DNA of 64,000 nt, from IMG/VR virus record IMGVR_UViG_3300045988_117710. One strand, written 5' to 3'. Source of the stretch: a virus. The notes beneath the pieces were generated by a model. It was not told the DNA's origin, made no database searches, and worked only from the letters and a program-made list of their open reading frames with translations. A program made the position numbers and the translations under genes. Below are positions 53,869-62,085 of this stretch, in pieces. Positions within the stretch are counted from its first letter, which is position 1, and every line of letters begins with the position of its first letter.

Positions 53869-55309
53869 GTTATTTGAGTCTGTTAATAGTTTCTTTGAAT
53901 CTGATGGTTTAGACAAGATTAGTGAAGATTTTATTCCTAATTCTCTTAATATTTGTTGTCCTGAATGTGGTTCTAATGAATATTATGAAATAGATGGTGC
54001 TGAGTATGATGATTATCAAGAAGTTATCTACAGATGTGAGAAATGTGGTCATGAAGAGAAAGATGAGATTTCTTTTGATGAGTTAGAAGAGTCAGATAAT
54101 TCTCAAGCCACTATTTTAGATTTTGAAGAAACTGGTGGTGGTTGTCTTAATTATGTAGGTGAAGTTGGTGATTACAACTTTGTTGGTGAAATTGATGGTA
54201 TTTTAGAGTTCTTTGATAAGAAGTTTGGTATTACTTCTTGGGAAGCTTATTCTAATATTGAAGATGAAGCTTACGGTGCTTACTCAGATTATGTTGAGAC
54301 TGGAGAATATAATGGTAAGTATGATAAAGATATTCAAGGTACTTATGATTTTGAACAAAAGTATGCTGAGTATAAACCAGAATATGTTTCTGCTGTTGCT
54401 GATGCTCTTAAGTCTTATGCTGATAGTAATATAAGTAATTTCGTTTATTCTTCTTTAGTTTATGACGAAGTTGAGAGATTAAAAGGTTCTTTAGAAGAGT
54501 CTACTCTTGTTGAAGCTGGTTCAAAGATAGATCCTGCCAAAGCATATGTAACTATTTATACTAATTATTATGATGGTATGGGTGATTTTAGTGATAGTTA
54601 TGAGTATATCACAAGTCTTGCTGATGATTGTGGTATTGAGTTTGATGAAGATTCTATTGATTCTTTTAGAGAGTTAAATTCTTTAGCAAATAAGGTTATC
54701 GCTTTTATTTATAATAATCATCCAGATATGTTTAGAGATATTTGTTCTGATTTAATTGATTCTATTGATGTTGACTATCTTGCTGATACTTTAGAACATA
54801 AACAAGGTGTAGTTGAATGCTTTAATGTTCTTAAAGATTTTGTTCCTGATTCAAGTAAGGTTGATGAAATACTTTCTAAATTACAAAGTGTTAATGTTGA
54901 TATTAGATTAATTGCTCAAGAATTTCAAAGATATTTCCATGATAATTATGAACCATGGACTTTCCTAGGAACTACTACTGGACCTAGAGTTTATAATGGT
55001 TTATTCGAATGTCCTACAGATTATGAAGTTGTTTCTGCTGATTATTTTAACTATGCTGGTAGACCTTCTGATATGTTAGATCATATTGGTTATGGATGGA
55101 AACAAACTGATAATGGTGTTCAAGCTGATTTAATTGGATTTAGACATAGTAGTAATGGTCATGCTGCTGTATATGACCAACCTCCTGTTGCTTATGGATA
55201 TTCTACTGTTGTTAATAATTCTAACAAGGAAGAGAAGTTCAAAGAAATGGCTGATACTCTAACTTCTAAAGCAAAAGAAATCAAGAGTCAATATAATTTA
55301 GGTAAATAA
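53861..55309 (+). CDS. MNKLFES-leader family protein 6 (482 aa) with zinc ribbon
   Basis: True start ATG 53861 (MNRLFESVNSFFESDG) after AAGGAG, overlapping the GT8 stop. Zinc ribbon CCPECGSNEYY...RCEKCGHEE. Confidence 0.6.
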   Translation: MNRLFESVNSFFESDGLDKISEDFIPNSLNICCPECGSNEYYEIDGAEYDDYQEVIYRCEKCGHEEKDEISFDELEESDNSQATILDFEETGGGCLNYVGEVGDYNFVGEIDGILEFFDKKFGITSWEAYSNIEDEAYGAYSDYVETGEYNGKYDKDIQGTYDFEQKYAEYKPEYVSAVADALKSYADSNISNFVYSSLVYDEVERLKGSLEESTLVEAGSKIDPAKAYVTIYTNYYDGMGDFSDSYEYITSLADDCGIEFDEDSIDSFRELNSLANKVIAFIYNNHPDMFRDICSDLIDSIDVDYLADTLEHKQGVVECFNVLKDFVPDSSKVDEILSKLQSVNVDIRLIAQEFQRYFHDNYEPWTFLGTTTGPRVYNGLFECPTDYEVVSADYFNYAGRPSDMLDHIGYGWKQTDNGVQADLIGFRHSSNGHAAVYDQPPVAYGYSTVVNNSNKEEKFKEMADTLTSKAKEIKSQYNLGK

Positions 55310-55310
55310 T

Positions 55311-55340
55311 AAGGAAGTTTTCTTCCTTTTTCTTTTGCTT
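55311..55340. terminator. intrinsic terminator
   Basis: aaggaag-ttttc-cttcctt hairpin, then TTTTCTTTT. Confidence 0.55.
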
Positions 55341-55354
55341 TTATAATGTTTTAT

Positions 55355-55362
55355 TATATATT
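55355..55362 (+). promoter_or_regulatory. class-B promoter-like motif TATATATT(ATTTTAGTAAG)
   Basis: Upstream of family member 7. Confidence 0.4.
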
Positions 55363-55388
55363 ATTTTAGTAAGTATTGAGGAGATTAT

Positions 55389-56153
55389 ATGAATAAGTTA
55401 TTCGAGTCTGTTGATAATCTTTTCTCAAGTGATTCTAACCTTATTCTTGATGCTGAAAAGGAAAGAAAAGATAGAGTCGCTAAGTTAAGAGAATCTGTTA
55501 AATTAAGAAAGTTAGAAGAATCTGAAGATAAGAAATCTCTAAAAGAGCATAGTTTTGATACAGATTCAGATCCTGTTGAAGTGTTAAAAGCAATTCATGA
55601 ACAATATATGGATTTAGGTATGAACGATGAGTTCTATAATGATGTTCTTAATAGATCTGATTTAGGTATTGAAGATTTAATTAGTTGGTTAGAGATGGGT
55701 GAATCAGATAAGTGTGCTAAACCTGAAAAGAAAGATGTTCTAAAAGAAAGTTCTGAAATGTGTGTTGCTATGGAATGTAGTAGAACAGGATATGGTCCAG
55801 ACCAAGTAGTTGGTGATTCTATGACAGTTAATGAACTTATTGATGTTCTAAATGGTTTCGATGGAGATATGAAGATAGTTACTAGTCATGATGGTGGTTA
55901 TACTTATGGACCTATAAGTTATGGTGATTTCGAAGAAATCAATGTTAGTGACGATGAAGAATCTGAAGATGAGGATTATAATGAATCTGAAAAAGTTTCT
56001 CATAGAGTTAAGGAAAATGAAGAAACTAGATTATTCAATAAAGTAGCAAGAATTTGTGAGTCTAGAAAAGCAACAAATAATGTTGTTAAAGAATCAAATG
56101 CTAATATATTAAAGAGAGCTGGTAAGAAGCCAGTTAATAAGAAAAGTTTATAG
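55389..56153 (+). CDS. MNKLFES-leader family protein 7 (254 aa), highly charged and helical
   Basis: N-terminus MNKLFESVDNLFSSDSNLILDAEKERKDRVAKLRESVKLRKLEESEDKK. Composition is charged, coiled-coil-like and scaffold-like. Confidence 0.6.
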   Translation: MNKLFESVDNLFSSDSNLILDAEKERKDRVAKLRESVKLRKLEESEDKKSLKEHSFDTDSDPVEVLKAIHEQYMDLGMNDEFYNDVLNRSDLGIEDLISWLEMGESDKCAKPEKKDVLKESSEMCVAMECSRTGYGPDQVVGDSMTVNELIDVLNGFDGDMKIVTSHDGGYTYGPISYGDFEEINVSDDEESEDEDYNESEKVSHRVKENEETRLFNKVARICESRKATNNVVKESNANILKRAGKKPVNKKSL

Positions 56154-56163
56154 GAGGTAACAG

Positions 56164-57669
56164 ATGGCAAATAAGTTAGCTAGTGTTAATGTTAATGTAA
56201 GAGAAGTCAGAACTGTTTCTAATGTTCCTATTAATTATGTTCCTGCCATTTTAGGTAAAGCTGTTGATGGACCTGTTGGTGAAGTTACTTGGGTTCAAAA
56301 CAATAAGAATAATCCATTTGGTTATTCTGCTGATACTCCTGTTGCATATGGTGTTCATGATTACTTAGAACAATATGACGGTGTTTACTTCACAAGAATA
56401 GTTTCTGAAGATGCTATTGAAGGTACTGGTGAAGTATTAGTTAAAGATGTTGATGGTGTTGAAGTTTTAGATGCTATAACTAATGAAGCAATTAGTTTAT
56501 TTACAATTAAGACTCAATATCCTACAGATATCTATAATGGTATTGAAGTTAGTGTTTTAAATGATGCTGATGCAAATACTATTAGAATTCACGCTATTAT
56601 AGGTGAACAAGTATATGAATCAATAAGAGCAAGTTTTGTATTTGGTACAGATGATGCTTTAAGATATCAAGCTGCTTTAGAAGCTTGTATCCAATCATTC
56701 AACGAACAAAATCCTGGATTTGTATTAACTCAAACTTACCTAGATAAGACTGTTGATAGTACAGTTCCAAGAGTTACAGATGTTTGTGTTGCTGCTATTG
56801 AGAATGGTAATGCTGGTTTAGGTGATGTTGATGAAGAAGTTGTTCAAAAGGCAATTCATTTATATGATAATACTGAGATTTCAATCAATTCTATTCAATT
56901 CCCTGAATTCCAAACTCTTAACAATATTAAGTATGCATTAACTGCTGCAGCTGTTGAAGATAATTTATTCAGAGTTTTAGTTACTGCTTATGGTGATACT
57001 GTTGTTGATGTTCAAAACCAAATCGGTGAATATCCTCAAGATAGACAATTATCTATTTACTTAGATACATTCCATTTAATGGGTGATGTTGATAATCATG
57101 AAGTTCCTGCTACTATTGTAGTTCTTCCTGGTTTTGCTAAATCTTATGTTACTGGTGAGTATTCAGTACCAGCTGGTGTAAGAAGAACTACATTACCTAG
57201 AATTAAAGAATCTAGAATTAAATGGTCAGTTACTGATTTAGGTACTTTAAGTAATTACTTAGTTCCTGTTAATCCAATTCTTTATAAGACTGGTATTGGT
57301 TATGTTATCTGGGATGAAAAGACAACAAGTCCTGAAAAGGAAAATCCTTATTCAGCATTCATCGATGGTGCAGACTTAATTAATTACTTAGTTAAACAAT
57401 TAAGAATTATAGGTAATAATTATATATTCGAACCTATTACATTTAGTACATTTGGAAGTTGGCAATTAGATGTTGAAAATCTATTAGCTCCATTAGTTGC
57501 TAATTCAGTTATCACTTCTGATTACTCTATTGTAATGGATTCTACTAATAATACTCCTGAAACATTAGCAGAACATAAATTGATTGGTGATATAACTATC
57601 CGTAAGGTTGGTGTAACTAGAGAAATAACTATTAATCTAGATGTATATAACCAAGTGGATTTAGTATAG
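56164..57669 (+). CDS. contractile tail sheath protein
   Basis: 501 aa, immediately upstream of a gp19-like tube gene. N-terminal region resembles sheath/pyocin-sheath strands (VNVNVREVRTVSNVPINYVPAILG). Confidence 0.55.
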   Translation: MANKLASVNVNVREVRTVSNVPINYVPAILGKAVDGPVGEVTWVQNNKNNPFGYSADTPVAYGVHDYLEQYDGVYFTRIVSEDAIEGTGEVLVKDVDGVEVLDAITNEAISLFTIKTQYPTDIYNGIEVSVLNDADANTIRIHAIIGEQVYESIRASFVFGTDDALRYQAALEACIQSFNEQNPGFVLTQTYLDKTVDSTVPRVTDVCVAAIENGNAGLGDVDEEVVQKAIHLYDNTEISINSIQFPEFQTLNNIKYALTAAAVEDNLFRVLVTAYGDTVVDVQNQIGEYPQDRQLSIYLDTFHLMGDVDNHEVPATIVVLPGFAKSYVTGEYSVPAGVRRTTLPRIKESRIKWSVTDLGTLSNYLVPVNPILYKTGIGYVIWDEKTTSPEKENPYSAFIDGADLINYLVKQLRIIGNNYIFEPITFSTFGSWQLDVENLLAPLVANSVITSDYSIVMDSTNNTPETLAEHKLIGDITIRKVGVTREITINLDVYNQVDLV

Positions 57670-57681
57670 GTTAGGAGGTAA

Positions 57682-58296
57682 ATGATGAATAATACTTTTG
57701 ATATTAACAATAATAAGAAAGTTGCTACTGGTGCTGAACCTAAGTTAACAGCAGATCATTTTAACCTAAGACAAAACCAAGTTCAAGGTTCTGAACACTT
57801 TATAGTTACATTTGGTAAGTTATTAGATGGAACTGAAATATTTGATGAGAACTTTGCTCTATGTGTAGATAGTTGGCAATTACCAAGTAAGACTACTAAT
57901 GTAGAGAATATGTCTTGGTTCAATGGTGTTGTTAAGTTAGCAGGTAGAACAACATTTGGTGATTTAACTGCTAGTTTCAAAGACTTCATTGATTATGATA
58001 CTGCTTCTAGACTTGAGTTATGGGCTGCTAAAGTTAATAACTTAAAGACTGGTATGAGAGGATTCAAAGATGCTTATGCTTGTACAGCTTATGTTGATGT
58101 TTACTCTCCAAATGGTTCTCAATATCGTAGATGGAAATACACAGGTTTATGGCCTTCAGCAATTAGTTATCCTGCTATGAGTTATAGCCAACCTGGTTAT
58201 GTAATGGTATCTGTTACATTCCAATATGATTATGCTTATCCAGAATCAATTGAAAATATATCTAAAGATATCTTAACTACAGATATCAATGGATAG
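57682..58296 (+). CDS. tail tube protein, T4 gp19-like
   Basis: Aligns with T4 gp19: C-x4-LP-x9-V-x4-F-x4-K-x-AG-R-TF-x-D (ours CVDSWQLPSKTT...KLAGRTTFGD) and C-terminal GLWP...DY..E. Confidence 0.7.
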   Translation: MMNNTFDINNNKKVATGAEPKLTADHFNLRQNQVQGSEHFIVTFGKLLDGTEIFDENFALCVDSWQLPSKTTNVENMSWFNGVVKLAGRTTFGDLTASFKDFIDYDTASRLELWAAKVNNLKTGMRGFKDAYACTAYVDVYSPNGSQYRRWKYTGLWPSAISYPAMSYSQPGYVMVSVTFQYDYAYPESIENISKDILTTDING

Positions 58297-58317
58297 TTCT
58301 AATTTAGAATTTATTTT

Positions 58318-58346
58318 AAAGACACAGCAATGTGTCTTTTTATTTT
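58318..58346. terminator. intrinsic terminator
   Basis: aaagacaca-gcaa-tgtgtcttt hairpin, then TTATTTTT. Confidence 0.65.
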
Positions 58347-58355
58347 TCGTATAAC
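58346..58355 (+). promoter_or_regulatory. class-A variant promoter TTCGTATAAC
   Basis: Heads a roughly 230-nt untranslated region containing the hairpin ctaggt-gttacaa-acctag (58358-58376). Confidence 0.35.
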
Positions 58356-58580
58356 AATCTAGGTGTTACAAACCTAGACATTGGTTGGTTCTATTAATAC
58401 TAATACTAACAATCAAAACATTAATTTTAATAAGGATATTATTAAACAAGAGAAAGACAAAGAGATAGTATTCAGTAATCAAGACGGTATCTGTGATTTA
58501 GAGGGTATTTATTAATCTAGATGATAATTATTATTTAACTTTTCAAAATTCATTCGTATTAAGATATAGGAGGCGAGATT

Positions 58581-59402
58581 ATGAATGAAGAAGTTCAAGC
58601 AGGAGTAGAGATGAAAGTTAAAACTCCTCAAGAGATGATTGAAGATGTTCAATCTATGGATGAAGTTCCTCATGGAGGAGAGCGTCCAGTATTTAAGTTT
58701 AAGAGATCGGATAAGGGATTAATCTTTTCGAGCGATGATGACGCCAAAGAGGTGAGTTCACCATTCGAACTGTTAGAACCGGGAGATGATGTGAATCATC
58801 AAATCGTTGAAGCGGTAGAACAAGATGAGCAAGGAAACTATAAGGTTCACTTAGATTATTTTGGTGTGAAGACCGTGTTAGACAGCCCAGATGATGTGTT
58901 CAGTATATTCTTGAAAGAGCAAAGAGATTTATTCAAGCGTACAATAACTGATTACGTAGAAAGCTTCGAAGGTAAGTTCTTACCAGAGTATTTGTTGAGT
59001 AACATCGATGTTTTATTGATGGCGATGGAGCTTCTATGTGCGAGAGTAGACATGAATACAATAGATGGCTTTATTGTTGGAAATGAGGGTGTGGATTTGG
59101 CGATTGCGTCCCTATTAGGTCTTACTCTACGTAAGCCGGTTTATATCGTTGAGAGGGGCAAGAAGTTCGAACCAGACCATCAGATGAATGTTATCCTATT
59201 TACTGAAAGTTATGTTCGTAGAGCAGTTGATGATGCCTTAGAAATTCTAGGTAACGAAACTCAATTCTATATTAGTTATCAATTATCATTATTTGATACA
59301 GATTATATCAATGGTCAAACTGAAGCCAAGATTATAGATGACCCTGTCAGAGATGATCTTGAACGTTCTAACGACCAAATAATTATAGGAGGTAATATTT
59401 AA
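58581..59402 (+). CDS. hypothetical protein with atypical codon usage; weak phosphoribosyltransferase-like motif
   Basis: Many GCG/CCG/CGT/GAC/ATC codons, unlike the rest of the window. FIVGNEGVDLAIASLLGLTLRKPVYIVERGKK resembles the PRTase type-I core, but no DD-TGGT-like PRPP-binding loop was found. Confidence 0.45.
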   Translation: MNEEVQAGVEMKVKTPQEMIEDVQSMDEVPHGGERPVFKFKRSDKGLIFSSDDDAKEVSSPFELLEPGDDVNHQIVEAVEQDEQGNYKVHLDYFGVKTVLDSPDDVFSIFLKEQRDLFKRTITDYVESFEGKFLPEYLLSNIDVLLMAMELLCARVDMNTIDGFIVGNEGVDLAIASLLGLTLRKPVYIVERGKKFEPDHQMNVILFTESYVRRAVDDALEILGNETQFYISYQLSLFDTDYINGQTEAKIIDDPVRDDLERSNDQIIIGGNI

Positions 59403-60634
59403 TGGCTACGAAGAAATCACCTGCTGAGCTTTCTACTGAAGAATGCTTAAGCAGATTATCGAAGAAGTATTCTGGTTATACACCAGATGAATTTGTTAAG
59501 ACTGGGTTATTGTCTGTGGACATAGTTCTAGGTGGTAAGGGAATCCCTATGGGTAAGCTTATCGATGTTAGTTCTGAATCTGGTCTTGGTAAGTCTACTC
59601 TATTGTTACATATAGCAAAGAGTTTATGTGATCAAGGTCACAAATGTGTGTGGATAGATTCTGAATGTGCTTTATCTGATTCTATTCTTAATGGTATCGA
59701 CAATGCGAACAATGCCCCTGTTGGTCCTTTAATGAAGTATAAGGATGAAGGTATGTTCGAGATATTCACAGTTTCATCTTATGCTGCTGTTGAAGAGATA
59801 TTAGATATGTTAATGCCACAAGGTGATTTTAAGTTCTATTTTATAGATAGTTTAACTAATATTACTTCTGAAGCATTCCTTAAGTCTACTGTTTATGATA
59901 AAGATGCGAAGTCTGTTGACAGTGTTACAGTAGCAGAGGATGCGAGAGTTCAAAGTAAGTTTATGAAGAAGGTTAAGGTGTTTGCTAAACAGTATATGGC
60001 TACTATCTTCTTTGTAAGTCAACAAAGAACTTATATCAACATGGGTTATGGTGGTAAACCATCTGGAGCTGTTAGAGCTGGTGGTAAAGCCATTAAGTAT
60101 AATATGGATGGTATGATTGATATTATCAATCTAGGTGAAATCAAAGAGAAGAAGACTACTCTTAATGGTGAAGAAGAGATTAAGGTTGGTCGTAATATTG
60201 CTCTATACATCCAAGAGAAGTGTAGATTTGGACCTGGTAATGTTAAGGTTCCTGCAGTAATTTATTATGGTAAGGGTTATTCTAATGCTTCTACTTTAAG
60301 AAGATTTATGGAGACTAAGCAAGTGGCTGATGGTAATAAGTTAGCTCCTATGTTATCTAACTCTGGTCGTTCTTATACTATTCGTTTAGGCGATGAGAAG
60401 ATTAAGTTAGATGGTGGTAATGCTGTTAAGGAGTATATCAAAGAGAATTTCGATAAGATTCTATCATTCTTTGATGCATCAGACTTTGCATTAGTACAAG
60501 AAGATTTCAATGAAGCTCTTCAGAATTCTACTGCTGATTCTTTAGGAGATGATTTTGATGTTGTTATCGATGATGGACCTGTCAATGATGACGAGTTTGA
60601 TTCTGGTGATGACTTTGAGGTTACAATCGACTAA
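59402..60634 (+). CDS. RecA/UvsX-like recombinase
   Basis: Matches RecA at LSVDIVLGGKGIPMGKLIDVSSESGLGKSTLLL...CVWIDSECALS (RecA [32 protein letters not shown]...CAFIDAEHALD). Acidic C-terminus. Confidence 0.75.
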   Translation: MATKKSPAELSTEECLSRLSKKYSGYTPDEFVKTGLLSVDIVLGGKGIPMGKLIDVSSESGLGKSTLLLHIAKSLCDQGHKCVWIDSECALSDSILNGIDNANNAPVGPLMKYKDEGMFEIFTVSSYAAVEEILDMLMPQGDFKFYFIDSLTNITSEAFLKSTVYDKDAKSVDSVTVAEDARVQSKFMKKVKVFAKQYMATIFFVSQQRTYINMGYGGKPSGAVRAGGKAIKYNMDGMIDIINLGEIKEKKTTLNGEEEIKVGRNIALYIQEKCRFGPGNVKVPAVIYYGKGYSNASTLRRFMETKQVADGNKLAPMLSNSGRSYTIRLGDEKIKLDGGNAVKEYIKENFDKILSFFDASDFALVQEDFNEALQNSTADSLGDDFDVVIDDGPVNDDEFDSGDDFEVTID

Positions 60635-61359
60635 TGACTGAGAATCAAGAGAAGCAAGATGTTAAAGAGAGAATCGAACCGATTTCTCTCTTGAAGCATA
60701 CTGTTAATGTACCAAGTCCTTATCTACTTCAATTCTTCTATCCTAATTTATCTATTGTTAACTCATTAGAGGAGTATGAACCTGGAATGAATAATATTAT
60801 TTATGATGGGAATTATAAGTTGGTTGCTAAGTTTAATCAACTTGGTATTGATTATATTGCAACTAAGACTCCTGTGTTTGAGTATGATCTTACTGATAAG
60901 AATGAGCTTATTAAGTTTGTCTATTCAAAGTATCGAAAGAATCCACCTAGTTATCTTCAGAATAAGTCTGTTGTAGAATCTATGAGTTATGAAGATTGTC
61001 TTACTTATTGTAAGATGTTCTGGGTGTCAGGTGTTTGGTATGGAGTTAAGGAAGAGAATGCGAAGAAGACATTTGATTTCTATTTATCAATGTGTAATGA
61101 TGCATATCTAACGGTTCTGAAGAAGTTCTATGAGTTAGATTTTGATATCTCTTTATCTCTATTGAGTTTTCTATTCAATATTGCTATTAAGGGAGATACA
61201 AAGGATGGTAAGTATAAGGAGTTGTTGGTTAGAGCCAATGGACAATTTGGTAATAGAATTAAGCCAGCAGTAAATAATTATCTGAATTCAAATATTACAG
61301 ATAAGAAACTTAGATGTTTCTATTTATTGTTTGATATTTATAATCCTCAAGCACAATAG
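60634..61359 (+). CDS. hypothetical protein
   Basis: 241 aa. Coupled ATGA. Confidence 0.45.
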   Translation: MTENQEKQDVKERIEPISLLKHTVNVPSPYLLQFFYPNLSIVNSLEEYEPGMNNIIYDGNYKLVAKFNQLGIDYIATKTPVFEYDLTDKNELIKFVYSKYRKNPPSYLQNKSVVESMSYEDCLTYCKMFWVSGVWYGVKEENAKKTFDFYLSMCNDAYLTVLKKFYELDFDISLSLLSFLFNIAIKGDTKDGKYKELLVRANGQFGNRIKPAVNNYLNSNITDKKLRCFYLLFDIYNPQAQ

Positions 61360-61368
61360 ATTATTTAT

Positions 61369-61378
61369 TTCGTATAAT
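61369..61378 (+). promoter_or_regulatory. class-A promoter-like motif TTCGTATAAT
   Basis: Between 61359 and 61405. Confidence 0.45.
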
Positions 61379-61404
61379 GTACTATAGAGGATTAAGGAGT
61401 AGTC

Positions 61405-61638
61405 ATGGCAATTCATTATTCATCTAAGGGTGCAAGAAATTTAAAGTTTAGGTTTTATCGCAAGTATGATAACTTCTATTGTTATCAATTGTTAGATAAA
61501 GATGACAATTTGCTTTTCAAAGAATGTTTTAGGACAAAGGAAGAATTTGCTGCAGAACATCCTGGAGTGGAGATAGATTATTCTAAACCACTTTATAATG
61601 AATTATATCCAGAGGAGGTTCAAGATGGCAAATGTTAG
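61405..61638 (+). CDS. hypothetical small protein
   Basis: 77 aa. Confidence 0.45.
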   Translation: MAIHYSSKGARNLKFRFYRKYDNFYCYQLLDKDDNLLFKECFRTKEEFAAEHPGVEIDYSKPLYNELYPEEVQDGKC

Positions 61639-62038
61639 AAAAGCAAAGGGTACAACTTATGAGACTGCATGTGTCAAGGAATTACAAGCAAGAGGTTTTA
61701 CTTCTAGAAGATTAGCTTTAGGAGGTTCTCTAGATACTGGTGATTTAGAGATTACAGAACCTTTTCTTGCAATTGTTGAATGCAAAGCTTATAAGGGTGA
61801 GCTTACTGAGAAGCAAGATAAAGAGTTTAGACAACAAACTGAAGTCGAAGCTCTTAATTATCAACGTAAGTTTGCAGAAGGTAAGGAAGTCAGAGGTTTA
61901 TTATTTGTTAAGACACCTGGTCAGTCTATTGCTAGAACTAAGGTACATTTCTATCATAAGACTTGGGGTTGTTGGATAAATATGAAACTTACTGAGTTTC
62001 TAGATAATTGGGAAACAATTATCAATGATGTAAGATAG
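61625..62038 (+). CDS. Holliday junction resolvase, archaeal Hjc-like PD-(D/E)xK nuclease
   Basis: Start ATG 61625 after GAGGAGG (the track ORF starts at 61598). KGTTYE...GF...R...GGS...GDLEI...AIVECK matches the Hjc catalytic core (E...D...E-x-K). Confidence 0.55.
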   Translation: MANVRKAKGTTYETACVKELQARGFTSRRLALGGSLDTGDLEITEPFLAIVECKAYKGELTEKQDKEFRQQTEVEALNYQRKFAEGKEVRGLLFVKTPGQSIARTKVHFYHKTWGCWINMKLTEFLDNWETIINDVR

Positions 62039-62085
62039 TCACAAAAAATGTTTCGGTGACTTAATGAAGGGAAGGAAAATATATT

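Noticed and set aside
26268-56153. Could the repeated atgaataagttatttgaatctgttga elements be a CRISPR array or a MITE-like mobile repeat?
   Set aside because: The copies are irregularly spaced (0.3 to 23 kb apart), always in frame at the start of a CDS behind an RBS, and vary mainly at synonymous positions. There are no interspersed unique spacers of uniform length, no cas genes and no terminal inverted repeats. This is a conserved coding leader, not a CRISPR or a transposon.
56164-57669. Whether the 501-aa protein downstream of the scaffold-like leader protein is the major capsid protein rather than the sheath
   Set aside because: The next gene aligns convincingly with the T4 gp19 tail tube, and the sheath-tube order is conserved. 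The N-terminus resembles sheath and pyocin-sheath proteins and shows none of the T4 gp23 or HK97 coat signatures. The major capsid protein was therefore not located in this window.
371-57989. All 25 minus-strand ORFs in the six-frame track (e.g. 371..565, 4726..5199, 6019..6360, 6558..6872, 10109..10294, 18254..18505, 23011..23256, 37102..37548, 43447..43725, 48800..49111, 57783..57989)
   Set aside because: Each is fully embedded antisense to a well-supported + strand gene and translates to low-complexity Ser/Leu/Ile/Asn-rich sequence typical of AT-rich antisense frames. None has an RBS or an upstream promoter motif. The genome is otherwise strictly unidirectional.
17888-58580. tRNA genes in the longer intergenic regions (17888-18061, 25724-25859, 43804-43949, 58297-58580)
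   Set aside because: No cloverleaf-compatible sequence was found: no GTTCGAATC-like T-arm and no acceptor-stem complementarity. The structures present are simple terminator hairpins.
6027-61979. Plus-strand out-of-frame ORFs nested in larger genes (6027..6215, 22445..22636, 22883..23146, 31619..31915, 32093..32284, 32534..32752, 40481..40684, 45642..45854, 54213..54434, 61767..61979)
   Set aside because: These are alternative frames inside the helicase, polymerase, terminase and other genes. Translations are Leu/Ile/Lys-rich with no RBS, consistent with chance ORFs in AT-rich sequence.
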